Shown piece by piece: positions 17,663 through 26,635 of a stretch of DNA of 32,826 nt. Within the stretch, counting starts at the first letter, position 1. Every line of letters begins with the position of its first letter. The notes under the pieces are model-generated. The model saw nothing but the letters and a program-made list of their open reading frames with translations. It was not told where the DNA came from and made no database searches. The stretch covers positions 1 through 32,826 of the forward strand of contig JANLPS010000505.1 of the NCBI GenBank assembly GCA_031367385.1. The letters run 5' to 3'. This stretch comes from Archangium sp. (GTDB lineage Bacteria; Myxococcota; Myxococcia; Myxococcales; Myxococcaceae). Position numbers and translations under genes: made by a program.

Positions 17663-19441
17663 TTAGATGTCCTCCTGCGTGACGGAGAGCACTTCGGCGA
17701 TCGACGTCTCACCTTGTGCGACCTTCATCGCGCCGTCATCGAGCAGCGACAGCATGCCTTTTTCCATCGCCTTCTTCTTGATCGTGCCCGAGTCGACGTT
17801 CTTCAACACCAGCTGTCGCACGTCGTCATCGACCATGAGCAGCTCGTAGATGCCCGAGCGGCCGCGGTACCCATTCTTCGCGCAGGCGCTGCAGCCGACT
17901 GCCCGGTATGCCGTGTCTCCACCCATCGCGCGGTAGCGATCGCGGCTCATGCCGAGCTTCGAGATCTCTTCATCGGTCGGCCTGTACTCTTCGCGGCACT
18001 CGCGGCAGAGGCGCCGAATCAGGCGCTGCGCCATCACCGCGGTCAGCGAGCTGGCCACCAAGAACGGCTCGATGCCCATTTCAACCAAGCGGGTCACCGC
18101 GCCCGCAGAGTCATTTGTATGAACCGTCGAGAACACCAAGTGACCGGTGAGCGACGCTTGAATCGCGATCTCAGCGGTCTCCTTGTCGCGAATTTCGCCG
18201 ACCATGATGATGTCGGGGTCTTGTCGCAAGAAGCTGCGCAACCCGGCGGCGAAGGTGAGCCCGATCTTCGGGCTGATCGCCATCTGGTTGATGCCCTTGA
18301 GCTGGTACTCGACCGGGTCTTCGACGGTCAGAATCTTCACGTCGGGCGTATTGATTCGGCTCAGCGCGCCGTAGAGCGTCGTGGTCTTGCCCGAGCCGGT
18401 GGGGCCGGTGACCAGAATGATGCCGTGCGAGCGGTGAATCACGTCGTCCATCGACTTGAGAATGTCGCGGCCCATGCCGATTTCGGCGAGGTCGAGCAGG
18501 GTGGCGTTCTTGTCGAGCAAACGCATCACGATGCTCTCGCCGTGCACGGTGGGTATCGTCGAGACGCGAATGTCGATGTCGCGGCCGGCCAGCTTGATGC
18601 GAATGCGGCCGTCTTGCGGCAGGCGTTTCTCGGCGATGTTCAGCTGCGCCATGATCTTCACGCGGCTGATGATCGAGTTCTGATACCGCTTCGGCGGCTT
18701 GATCACGTTGAGCAACACGCCGTCGATGCGAAACCGAACCACGAGCTCGCGGTCCATCGGCTCGATGTGAATGTCGCTGGCACGCTCTTTCGCCGCGCGA
18801 AACAGCAGCGAGTTCACCAACCGAATGATCGGTGCTTCGTCACCCGAGTCGAGGAGGTCTTGCGCCTCTTCGAGCACCGCTTCGGCGGCCTCGATGTCCT
18901 GCGACTCCATCTCGTCGACGACCTGCTCGGCTTCGTTGAGGCTGCGGTCGTACACCGAGTTGATCGCGTCGATGACCGTCGAGGCCCGGGCGATGCGAGG
19001 GTTCACCTCGGCGCCGAGCAACATTCGCGCGTGGTCGAGCACCGAGGTGTCGAGCGGGTCGGCCACCGCCAACGCCACCACGCCGTTCTCGAGCTTGAGC
19101 GGCACCATCTTCGCGCTCTTCGCGAAGTTGATCGGCACCTTCTTGAGCAGCTCGAGATCGATGTCGTCGTTCGCGATCGCCTCGAGGTATTCCAAATCGA
19201 GCTGCGCGGCCAACGCCCGGGTCACTTGTTCTTCAGTGACCGCCTTCAAGCCAATCAAGATCTCGCCGAGCCGACCGCCCTTGTCGGCCTGAATCGACAA
19301 TGCCTCGTCGATCTTGTCGCGGCCCAGCTGAAACTGCTGAACCAGAATTTCGCCGAGCGGTCGCCCGAAGAGGTACGCCGGGCCATGCGCCACCATCTGG
19401 GTGCGCTCGGTGACCGTCGACTCTGAGGGCTGGTCGTTCAT
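17663..19441 (-). CDS. gspE: Type II secretion ATPase E with N-terminal MshEN-like domain
   Basis: ASDIHIEP, EKRLPQDGR, Walker A GPTGSGKT, TVEDPVE, LRQDPDIIMVGEIRD, GHLVFSTVHTN, and a CREC...CSAC Zn site. Confidence 0.97.
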   Translation of the reverse strand: MNDQPSESTVTERTQMVAHGPAYLFGRPLGEILVQQFQLGRDKIDEALSIQADKGGRLGEILIGLKAVTEEQVTRALAAQLDLEYLEAIANDDIDLELLKKVPINFAKSAKMVPLKLENGVVALAVADPLDTSVLDHARMLLGAEVNPRIARASTVIDAINSVYDRSLNEAEQVVDEMESQDIEAAEAVLEEAQDLLDSGDEAPIIRLVNSLLFRAAKERASDIHIEPMDRELVVRFRIDGVLLNVIKPPKRYQNSIISRVKIMAQLNIAEKRLPQDGRIRIKLAGRDIDIRVSTIPTVHGESIVMRLLDKNATLLDLAEIGMGRDILKSMDDVIHRSHGIILVTGPTGSGKTTTLYGALSRINTPDVKILTVEDPVEYQLKGINQMAISPKIGLTFAAGLRSFLRQDPDIIMVGEIRDKETAEIAIQASLTGHLVFSTVHTNDSAGAVTRLVEMGIEPFLVASSLTAVMAQRLIRRLCRECREEYRPTDEEISKLGMSRDRYRAMGGDTAYRAVGCSACAKNGYRGRSGIYELLMVDDDVRQLVLKNVDSGTIKKKAMEKGMLSLLDDGAMKVAQGETSIAEVLSVTQEDI

Positions 19442-21915
19442 TGCAGCTCCGGAGTCGGTTGCGGCTTCAACGTCTCGATCTTCGGCTCTTTGACCGGCAC
19501 CGGAGTCGGGTTCGCAGGAGGCACCGACGCGCCCGGCACCGGCGTGGGGTTCGATGAATCGACGCCCATGCCCTTGGGCACGATGACCTTCTCGCCATTG
19601 ATGCCCGGCCCGCCGTTCTCGACCTTGCCCATCTCTCGGTTGAGCACTTGCGTCATGCGCGCCAGCGGGCCCGGCTTGCGGTTGAAGTCGATCGCCACGT
19701 CGTAGCTGGTGGTCGCTCCGTAGAACTGCTCGACGAACTGCTGACGCTCTTTCATTTTGCGCTCGAAGATTCGGCGAAAGTCGCTCGAGTCGCGAATGAT
19801 GTAGGGGGTCAAGAACAGCAGCAGATTGGTCTTCACCTTGCGGCGCGACTGCTGGCGAAACAAATTACCCAGCAGGGGTATGTCGCCCAGAATCGGGGTC
19901 TTCGAGACGCTCTCGACCAGGCGGTCTTGCATGATGCCGCCGATGACCACTGTCTCTTGGTCTTTCGCGATGATCGTCGTCTTCGCGCTGCGCTTCGAAG
20001 TGGTCGGGCCGAGCACGGCGTCTTGCGAGGCGATTTCTTCAATCGTTTCGCTGATCACCATGCGCACCGAGTTGGCTTCGGTACTGACCTGCGGCTTCAC
20101 CGACAACTTCAAGTCGACGTTCTGCCGCTGAATCTGGCCAATCGGTTGGCTCCCCAACCCACCCAGCCCACCGAGCGCTCCCAAGCCGCCCAACGCACCC
20201 GCGCCACCGGCCAGGCCGCTCAACCCACCGAGCCCGCCCAAGCCACCCGCCGAGAACCCCGATTGAAACGGCACGTTCTGGCCAACGGTGATCTCAGCCT
20301 CTTCGTTGTCGGTGGTCAGAATGTGCGGCGTCGAGAGCACGTTCACGTCGCTCGACTTCTGCAGCGCGTTAATCACGATGCCGAAGGGCGGTATCGGCAG
20401 ACCGCCGATGTTGAAGTTCGCGTTCGTCGGGCCCTGCAGACCAGCCAAGAAGCCGCCCAGGTTCACCAGGTTCGCGAGGCTCAGCGACGGAGGCAACCCG
20501 CTGCTGCCGTATTTCGTGCCGAAGAATACCGGCGCCACGCCTTGATCTGTCGTCAGCGGCAAACCCAGGTGCAGATTCACGCCGAGGTCGCTGTTGCGGT
20601 CGAGGTTGACCTCCATGATCACCGCTTCGACGAAGACCTGGCGGCGCTGAATGTCGAGCTTCTCGATCACGCGAAGCAGTGAGCGGTAATCGTTCTGGCT
20701 GGCGATCACCACAAGCGAGTTGGTCGCCTTGTCGGCCGAGACTTTCACTTCACCTTGAAAGAGCTCAGCGGCGCCGGCGGCCCGAGCGGCTCCCGCAGGC
20801 GGAGGTGGAGCGCCACTCTTCGGGCGATTCGCCGTGCCCTGCGCGAGGGTCTGCAGCGTCGACGCCACGTCTTCGGCGCTCGCGTTCTCGAGGTAGTACA
20901 CGTTGATTCGCCCTTCACCGGAGATGGGAATGTCGATCTCCCGGATCAGGCTCATGATTCGCTCGATCGCCGCGGGGCTGGCGATCACGATCAGCTTGTT
21001 GGTGCGCTCGTCGGGTATCAGCTGCGTCAAGGTCGCCGGGCCCGCGGGTGAGTCGGCCGTCACGGCTCCAGCCGGGGGAGGCGCGCCACCCGGCGGCGGA
21101 GGAGGCGCGATGATGCCCGGCCTCTGGCCCGGCTTCGCCCCCTTCGATTCGAAGAGCTTGGTGATCTTGTCGGCCACGTCTTGCGCGGTCGCGAACGAGA
21201 TCTGCAGCACCCGCATCTCGTCGCCGCCGACGCGGGTGTCGAGCTGCTCCACGATCTTCTCGAGGCGGTGCATGTTCGAGCCGAGGTCGTTGATGATGAT
21301 CGTGTCAGGCTGAAAGGGGATGGTGTCGCCCGACGGCGTGACGAGCTGTTGCAGCACGCCGCGCAGCTGCTCGACCTCGACGTTCTTCACCTTGAACAGG
21401 CGCGTCACCATCTGCTCGTTCGTCGTGTACTGCTCGTTGACGTCAGTGATGGTGGGTATGGGGAACTGCTTCGCCCGCTGCTTGTCGACGATCTTCAAGA
21501 AGCGGCCGTAGGGGTAGACCGCCAGGCTGTTCGAATCGAGCGCCGCCAAGAACGCCGCGTAGAACTGCTCTGAGTCGACCTTCACCTTGCCGTTCTCGGG
21601 GCCGATGATCGAGATCTTGCCGCGCACATTTTCGGGCAGAATGAACGTCTTGCAGGTCACATCAGAGACGGTCTGAACCAGCTTCTCGATCTCGACCTTG
21701 TCGAAATATATCTCGTAGCGCGCGTTGCGACTCGCTTCGACGCATGACGGGCGCTTGGGCGCGATGGTACCGCCGGGCGCCGCGGGCGCTCCAGCAGCGG
21801 GTGCGGCCCCTGGCGCCGGTGCCGGCACCGGTTTTGGGGGCGGAGGAGCCGACTGCGCGTGGACCACGACCGACGACACCAGCGCGCACAGCGTGACGAG
21901 GAGAATGCGTTTCAT
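19438..21915 (-). CDS. gspD: Type II secretion secretin D (~825 aa)
   Basis: Signal peptide from ATG 21915 (MKRILLVTLCAL...HA). N0-N3 domains (DERTNKLIV, DKATNSLVV) and secretin domain (QVFVEAVIMEV, STPHILTTDNEEA, VIGG, PILGDIPLLGNLF, LFLTPYII). Confidence 0.96.
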   Translation of the reverse strand: MKRILLVTLCALVSSVVVHAQSAPPPPKPVPAPAPGAAPAAGAPAAPGGTIAPKRPSCVEASRNARYEIYFDKVEIEKLVQTVSDVTCKTFILPENVRGKISIIGPENGKVKVDSEQFYAAFLAALDSNSLAVYPYGRFLKIVDKQRAKQFPIPTITDVNEQYTTNEQMVTRLFKVKNVEVEQLRGVLQQLVTPSGDTIPFQPDTIIINDLGSNMHRLEKIVEQLDTRVGGDEMRVLQISFATAQDVADKITKLFESKGAKPGQRPGIIAPPPPPGGAPPPAGAVTADSPAGPATLTQLIPDERTNKLIVIASPAAIERIMSLIREIDIPISGEGRINVYYLENASAEDVASTLQTLAQGTANRPKSGAPPPPAGAARAAGAAELFQGEVKVSADKATNSLVVIASQNDYRSLLRVIEKLDIQRRQVFVEAVIMEVNLDRNSDLGVNLHLGLPLTTDQGVAPVFFGTKYGSSGLPPSLSLANLVNLGGFLAGLQGPTNANFNIGGLPIPPFGIVINALQKSSDVNVLSTPHILTTDNEEAEITVGQNVPFQSGFSAGGLGGLGGLSGLAGGAGALGGLGALGGLGGLGSQPIGQIQRQNVDLKLSVKPQVSTEANSVRMVISETIEEIASQDAVLGPTTSKRSAKTTIIAKDQETVVIGGIMQDRLVESVSKTPILGDIPLLGNLFRQQSRRKVKTNLLLFLTPYIIRDSSDFRRIFERKMKERQQFVEQFYGATTSYDVAIDFNRKPGPLARMTQVLNREMGKVENGGPGINGEKVIVPKGMGVDSSNPTPVPGASVPPANPTPVPVKEPKIETLKPQPTPELQ

Positions 21916-21923
21916 TTGGTTTT

Positions 21924-22850
21924 TCAACGAACGTTGTAGGTCTTGCGAACAGCGGCACCGTTGCGTTCGACTTCGATGTCGATGCGCGCTGAGTCTTTGA
22001 GCTTGGAGTAAATTTCGAGGGCTTTTTCAGGGCTGTTCATGTCGAGCCCGTTGATGCGTTTGATCACGTCGCCGTTTTGAATGCCAATCTTCGTGTAGAT
22101 CGAATCGGGGCGAATCGAGAACAACTTGAAGCCTTGTGCCACGCCGTCTTTGAACGCCGGCACGATGCGCGCCTGCATCGCCACGTCGTTCAGGTTCGAC
22201 AGCGTCTTCGCGATCTCTTCTTTGGGTATCTCGTAATCGTTCTCAGACAGCTGCTTCACGCCCGCGCCCAGCACCTGCGTCGGCGGCGCGTTGTCGTTGC
22301 CTCTCACCGGAGCCGAAGCGACCGGCACCGGGGCCGGCGCCACCGCGGTGCCATCACCCGGCGTACCGTCGATGAATTCTCGGCGGTTGTTGTTGAGCAC
22401 GATGACCCGTGCCCGCTCGATCTCGAGAATCTTGGCGCCCTGAATCATGTCTTCGACCATGTAGGTCGTCGACTTGAGCGTCACCACGTCTTGAATCGAG
22501 GCGATCGACCACTGCGCGCTGTCTTCAGAGACCAGGGTGCCTAACAGTTTGACCCGCAGGCCACTCTTGATTGGCGCCGAGTTCATGTCGGCGGCGGTCG
22601 CGACCGGCTCTCTGACCTCGACTTCTGGTTTCGGCACCGGCAACCCGGTCAGCTTGGCCAGGCGTTCGGCGTTGAGGCTCGGTATGACCTCGGCGACCTG
22701 GGCCTTCGCGGCGACTTTCGGCGCCCCGGTCGGCAGGGGGATGATGCGCGATTCGATGAACGCGTTGGCTGTCTTCGAAACGAAGAACGCCGCTGCGAAG
22801 ATGAACAGCAGGTGTACGACCCAGAAATGGCGTTTGAAGAGGAGCTCCAC
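21924..22850 (-). CDS. gspC: Type II secretion protein C (TM-HR-PDZ), ~308 aa
   Basis: GTG 22850 (MELLFKRHFW) immediately precedes the TM. HR domain (LLGTLVS...) and PDZ domain (GFKLFSIRPDSIYTKIGIQNGDVIKRING). The exact start is inferred. Confidence 0.9.
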   Translation of the reverse strand: MELLFKRHFWVVHLLFIFAAAFFVSKTANAFIESRIIPLPTGAPKVAAKAQVAEVIPSLNAERLAKLTGLPVPKPEVEVREPVATAADMNSAPIKSGLRVKLLGTLVSEDSAQWSIASIQDVVTLKSTTYMVEDMIQGAKILEIERARVIVLNNNRREFIDGTPGDGTAVAPAPVPVASAPVRGNDNAPPTQVLGAGVKQLSENDYEIPKEEIAKTLSNLNDVAMQARIVPAFKDGVAQGFKLFSIRPDSIYTKIGIQNGDVIKRINGLDMNSPEKALEIYSKLKDSARIDIEVERNGAAVRKTYNVR

Positions 22851-22865
22851 GGCGGTGGAGCCCTG

Positions 22866-22881
22866 AGCAAGCCCGATGCCA
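22866..22881 (-). promoter_or_regulatory. Sigma54 (-24/-12) promoter of the gsp operon
   Basis: The minus strand reads TGGCATCGGGCTTGCT, matching TGGCA-N6-TTGCW with exact GG-N10-GC spacing, 15 nt upstream of the gspC start. Confidence 0.75.
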
Positions 22882-22931
22882 CGCATGGCTTTGAAATTGT
22901 TCGGCCTTTTTCCCCGAAACCGCGCTTCGGC

Positions 22932-22944
22932 TGACAAATTGTCA
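22932..22944. promoter_or_regulatory. Palindrome TGACAA-A-TTGTCA, candidate enhancer-binding-protein or repressor site
   Basis: Perfect 6-1-6 inverted repeat, AT-rich in a GC-rich context, ~80 bp upstream of the predicted sigma54 start in the gspC/crotonase divergent gap. Confidence 0.5.
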
Positions 22945-23011
22945 AGCCGCCCCGTACCCTCGTGACAGCGGGGCATTCAGAACCAACCGGCCTTCAGGTA
23001 CGAGCGACCCC

Positions 23012-23773
23012 ATGAGCGTCACCATCGAAAAGGCCGGCCCGGTCTTCACGGTCACCTTGAGCCGCCCCGAGGTTCGAAATGCGGTCGACGGGCCGACAGG
23101 CCAGGCGTTGCTCGAGGCCTTTCAGGCCTTCGACGCCGACCCCAGCGCGTCGGTCGCGGTGCTGTACGGCGCGGGAGGCACATTCTGCGCCGGCGCCGAC
23201 CTCAAAGCGGTGAGCTCGGGCCATCGCAACCGCCTCGACTCGAACAGCACCGAAGGGCCGATGGGGCCGACCCGGCTGCAGCTCTCGAAGCCGGTCATCG
23301 CCGCGATTGAAGGGCACGCCGTGGCGGGAGGCCTCGAGCTCGCGTGCTGGGCAGACCTGCGGGTCGCCGCTGATGACGCGGTGTTCGGCGTGTTCTGCCG
23401 CCGGTGGGGCGTGCCGCTGATCGACGGTGGCTCGATTCGGCTGCCTCGCTTGATCGGCCAATCGCGCGCGATGGACATGATTCTCACCGGGCGGCCGGTC
23501 AAGGCCGATGAGGCACTCTCGTTTGGGCTCGCGAACCGGGTGGTGCCCAAAGGCACGGCGTTGGCTGCGGCTCAGGCCCTCGCAGCTGATCTCTCGGCGT
23601 TGCCCCAGCAGTGCATGCGCGGTGATCGCCGGTCGATGCTCGATCAGTGGAGCCTGCCGATGCCCAAGGCGCTGCTGAACGAGTTTGAGCGCGGCCGGCG
23701 GGTGCTCGAGGTCGAAGGCCTCGCGGGCGCGCAGAAGTTCGCCAGCGGTGCAGGTCGCCACGGTCAACCGTAG
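23012..23773 (+). CDS. Enoyl-CoA hydratase/isomerase (crotonase) family protein
   Basis: TLSRPEVRNA, FCAGADLK, KPVIAAIEGHAVAGGLELA..ADLRVA, RLPRLIG.SRAMDMILTGR and GLANRVV. Confidence 0.94.
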   Translation: MSVTIEKAGPVFTVTLSRPEVRNAVDGPTGQALLEAFQAFDADPSASVAVLYGAGGTFCAGADLKAVSSGHRNRLDSNSTEGPMGPTRLQLSKPVIAAIEGHAVAGGLELACWADLRVAADDAVFGVFCRRWGVPLIDGGSIRLPRLIGQSRAMDMILTGRPVKADEALSFGLANRVVPKGTALAAAQALAADLSALPQQCMRGDRRSMLDQWSLPMPKALLNEFERGRRVLEVEGLAGAQKFASGAGRHGQP

Positions 23774-23817
23774 ACAGGCACAGACCGGCGCTTCGACACG
23801 CTTATGAGCCCTGATCG
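23757..23817 (+). repeat. Left copy of a ~60-bp imperfect direct repeat (crotonase 3' end + intergenic + decayed start of the 28745 gene)
   Basis: gccacggtcaaccgtagacag (23757-23777) is identical to 28694-28714. After a 1-nt indel the next 21 nt match 18/21, then atgagccctgatcg vs atgagcactgatcg match 13/14. Confidence 0.9.
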
Positions 23818-23854
23818 AGCAGGTTTTGTCGGTCGACCCAACCCATGTCAGGCG

Positions 23855-24266
23855 ATGCACGCTGAAACTCACGTTGCCGATACTGCTGCTCGCCAGAACC
23901 GCCTGGGCCAAGCCCTTTCCTCCCGTCACCGTGGCAAGCGGTTGCCGAGCGCAGACCACTCTCGTGTTTCGTCATCGGCCTCAGGACATCCCCGAATAGG
24001 CCGACGTTGGTTGGGGCATCGGAGGCTCCGACGTAGACACCTGGGGCGCGCCGTCGATTCTCACCCGCGATGCGACCGTTGGCCAGGTGCAGCCTCTGCC
24101 AGATTGCCCACACGTGGCAGTTCGCGAGGTGTTCCACTCAACCCGTCTCGCCGCTGCACTGACAGTCAGAAATGACCCCGGTCGGGCCTTCACCTCTCGT
24201 CACCGCGCACCGTCTCTCGCTTTGAACTCTCTTGGTCTTCTCGGCATGCGCGCGTATGTCTCTTGA
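23855..24266 (+). pseudogene. Possible decayed gene for a small secreted protein
   Basis: ATG 23855 is 1 nt out of frame with a signal-peptide-like stretch (TLKLTLPILLLARTAWA|KPFPP). There is an in-frame TAG at 23997, after which the frame is open to TGA 24264-24266. Confidence 0.25.
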
Positions 24267-24346
24267 GAGAAGCGCGACGCCGTTGCGACAGGCTTGATCT
24301 GCCGCGTCACGTACGAAGGAGATTTCTGAAAAATACCTATGATGCC

Positions 24347-26635
24347 GTGAGGGCCCTGCCGCCCGACCTCGTCAGCATGCTGTCTGACCTGCTGTGGGTC
24401 TGCGCGCCCGATGGCCGTTCGCTCTATCTGAGCGAGTCGTGGTCGAAGTACACCGGCAAGGCCGTCGATGCGCTGATGGGCATGGCGTGGGTCGAGTGCA
24501 TTCACCCCGACGATCGAGCGGGCGCCAGAACCCTCTGGAGCGGGCCCTTCGACGAGGCTCTGTCGCACCGCGCAGAATTTCGCATCGAAGGCGTCGACGG
24601 AGGGTTTCATTGGTTTCGATCGCACGCGATGCCTGTACGCGATGGAAGCGGAGCTGTGACCAGCTGGGCCGGCAGCAGTCGCGATGTGCAAGACCTCAAA
24701 GAAGTGCACGAACGGCTCGCCCGGGCCAACGAAGTGCTCGAAGCCCACGTCACCGAACGCACCAGTGCTCTGCAAGAGGTGAACAACCAACTCGCGATCG
24801 CCCAGAGCGTCGCCCACATGGGCAGTTGGTCATTCAACGTGGCGAGTGACGAGGTTGAGTGGTCTGAGGAGCTGTTTCGAATTGTCGGGCTCGACGAGCG
24901 AACCGCCGCGCCGAACTACGCAGCGCAAGAGAAAATCTTCGCGCCTTTGAGTTGGGCAAAGCTGACCGCGGCCGTTGGCCGCTGCATCGAGCTCGGCGAG
25001 CCGTACGAGTTCGAGCTCGAGCTGACGAGACCCAACAACGAGCGACGCACTGCCATTGCACGCGGTCGCGCGGTTCGAGACGCCAACGGCGCGGTGCGCC
25101 AGCTCGTCGGCACGCTCCACGATGTGACCGAATTGGTCGTAGCCCGCCGTACACAAGAGCAGTTGGCTGAGCGGTTGCGACTTGCAACCACCTCAGCAGG
25201 CGTCGGCATCTGGGAGTTCACGCTCGGTGCCGATTCGCTGCTGTGGGACCGGCAGATGTACAGCCTGTATGGGCTCGAGCCACAGCCAGGGGGCATTGAA
25301 AAGCGCAGTGTCTGGGACACCAGTCTTCACCCCGGAGATCACCTTCGGGCCACCGAGGAACTGCGGGTTGCGATCGCCGGTGGCGCACCGTTCGATACCT
25401 CGTTTCGCATCGTGCGGCCCGACGGCGGCGTTCGTCACTTGAGGGCCGCGGCTGTGGTCATTCGCGACGTTGATGGCGTGCCGCTGCGAATGGTCGGCGT
25501 CAACTGGGACGTGACGTCTGAACGCGTGACTGAGATGGCGCTGGTCGAGAGCAAAGCGTTGCTCGATCTCTTCGTGCGGCACGCCCCGGTAGCCATCGCC
25601 ATGTTCGACACCGAGATGCGGTACCTTCAAACCAGCGAGCAATGGGTGACCGATTACAAGTTGACCGGTCAACCCCTCATCGGGCGCTCGCACTACGAGG
25701 TGTTCCCCGACATCCCCGAGCGGTGGAAGGCGATTCACCAGCGGGTCCTGGCAGGTGCAACCGAGCGGTGCGCAGAAGACCCATTTCCCCGGGCTTCGGG
25801 TGGCACGGTGTGGCTGCAGTGGGAGGCCCGGGCATGGCATCACGGTGATGGCACGGTAGGCGGTTTGGTTTTTTTCACGCAGGACATCTCTGCTCGAAAG
25901 TACATGGAGCAGTTACTCGAGACCCGAAAGGAGCGCCTCGAACGCAGCAATAAAGACCTCGAACAGTTCGCGGCGGCGGCGTCGCACGACCTGCAAGAGC
26001 CGCTCCGGGCAGTGTCTGGGTGCGCCCAAATTCTACAAACGCAATACAAAGGTCAGCTCGACCCCGCAGCCGATGCGCTGATCGGCCACATCGTCGACGG
26101 TGCGAGTCGAATGCGGGCGCTGATCACCGGCCTGCTGACGTTCTCGCGGGTGTCGTCGCATGGCGAACCGTTTCGCATGACCGACTCCGCTGAGGTCTGC
26201 CGGAGCGCCCTCGCCAACCTGAGCGCAAGCATCGAAGAGTCGGGCGCGGTGATCGAGATGCAGTCTTTGCCTGAGGTGCAAGCCGACCCCTCTCAGCTCG
26301 CGCAGGTTTTTCAGAACTTGATCGGCAACGCCCTCAAGTATCGGTCAAAGGCACCCCCGGTCATTCGAATTTCAGCGAGCCAAAACGACGAAGACTGGGT
26401 GTTTTGCGTACAAGACAACGGCATCGGCATTGAGTCGGTTTACTTCGAAAAAATCTTCGCGCTCTTTCAGCGCCTCCACACCCGCGATGAATACCCGGGC
26501 ACCGGCATCGGGTTGGCGTTGTGTCAAAAGATCATCGAGCGGCACCGCGGCCGTATCTGGGTCGAGTCGAACGTGGGCCATGGTACGATCTTCTTTTTCA
26601 CGCTGCCGAAGAGCTCAGGGGTCGATGCGCGATGA
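24347..26635 (+). CDS. Cytoplasmic multi-PAS (4 PAS/PAC) sensor histidine kinase with Cph1-like kinase core
   Basis: PAS/PAC signatures (WVECIHPDD, WSEELFRIVG, WDRQMYSLYG..LHPGD, AMFDTEMRY). H-box ASHDLQEPLR, N-box QVFQNLIGNALKY, DNGIGI and GTGIGLA. No TM. The start is uncertain (TTG 24263, GTG 24347 or ATG 24377). Confidence 0.92.
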   Translation: MRALPPDLVSMLSDLLWVCAPDGRSLYLSESWSKYTGKAVDALMGMAWVECIHPDDRAGARTLWSGPFDEALSHRAEFRIEGVDGGFHWFRSHAMPVRDGSGAVTSWAGSSRDVQDLKEVHERLARANEVLEAHVTERTSALQEVNNQLAIAQSVAHMGSWSFNVASDEVEWSEELFRIVGLDERTAAPNYAAQEKIFAPLSWAKLTAAVGRCIELGEPYEFELELTRPNNERRTAIARGRAVRDANGAVRQLVGTLHDVTELVVARRTQEQLAERLRLATTSAGVGIWEFTLGADSLLWDRQMYSLYGLEPQPGGIEKRSVWDTSLHPGDHLRATEELRVAIAGGAPFDTSFRIVRPDGGVRHLRAAAVVIRDVDGVPLRMVGVNWDVTSERVTEMALVESKALLDLFVRHAPVAIAMFDTEMRYLQTSEQWVTDYKLTGQPLIGRSHYEVFPDIPERWKAIHQRVLAGATERCAEDPFPRASGGTVWLQWEARAWHHGDGTVGGLVFFTQDISARKYMEQLLETRKERLERSNKDLEQFAAAASHDLQEPLRAVSGCAQILQTQYKGQLDPAADALIGHIVDGASRMRALITGLLTFSRVSSHGEPFRMTDSAEVCRSALANLSASIEESGAVIEMQSLPEVQADPSQLAQVFQNLIGNALKYRSKAPPVIRISASQNDEDWVFCVQDNGIGIESVYFEKIFALFQRLHTRDEYPGTGIGLALCQKIIERHRGRIWVESNVGHGTIFFFTLPKSSGVDAR

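Noticed and set aside
17714..19426. 570-aa ORF antisense to gspE
   Set aside because: No recognisable motifs; typical stop-poor antisense frame in high-GC DNA.
9087..22850. No prepilin peptidase (gspO/pilD) or pilotin gene in the gsp operon
   Set aside because: These are commonly encoded elsewhere or shared with type IV pili, so the absence is not evidence of a defective or novel system.
22994..24817. Track ORFs 22994-23959 (-), 23802-24137 (-), 23804-24175 (+) and 24200-24817 (-)
   Set aside because: Antisense to real genes or compositionally implausible. The 23804 ATG is explained as the duplicated start of the 28745 gene.
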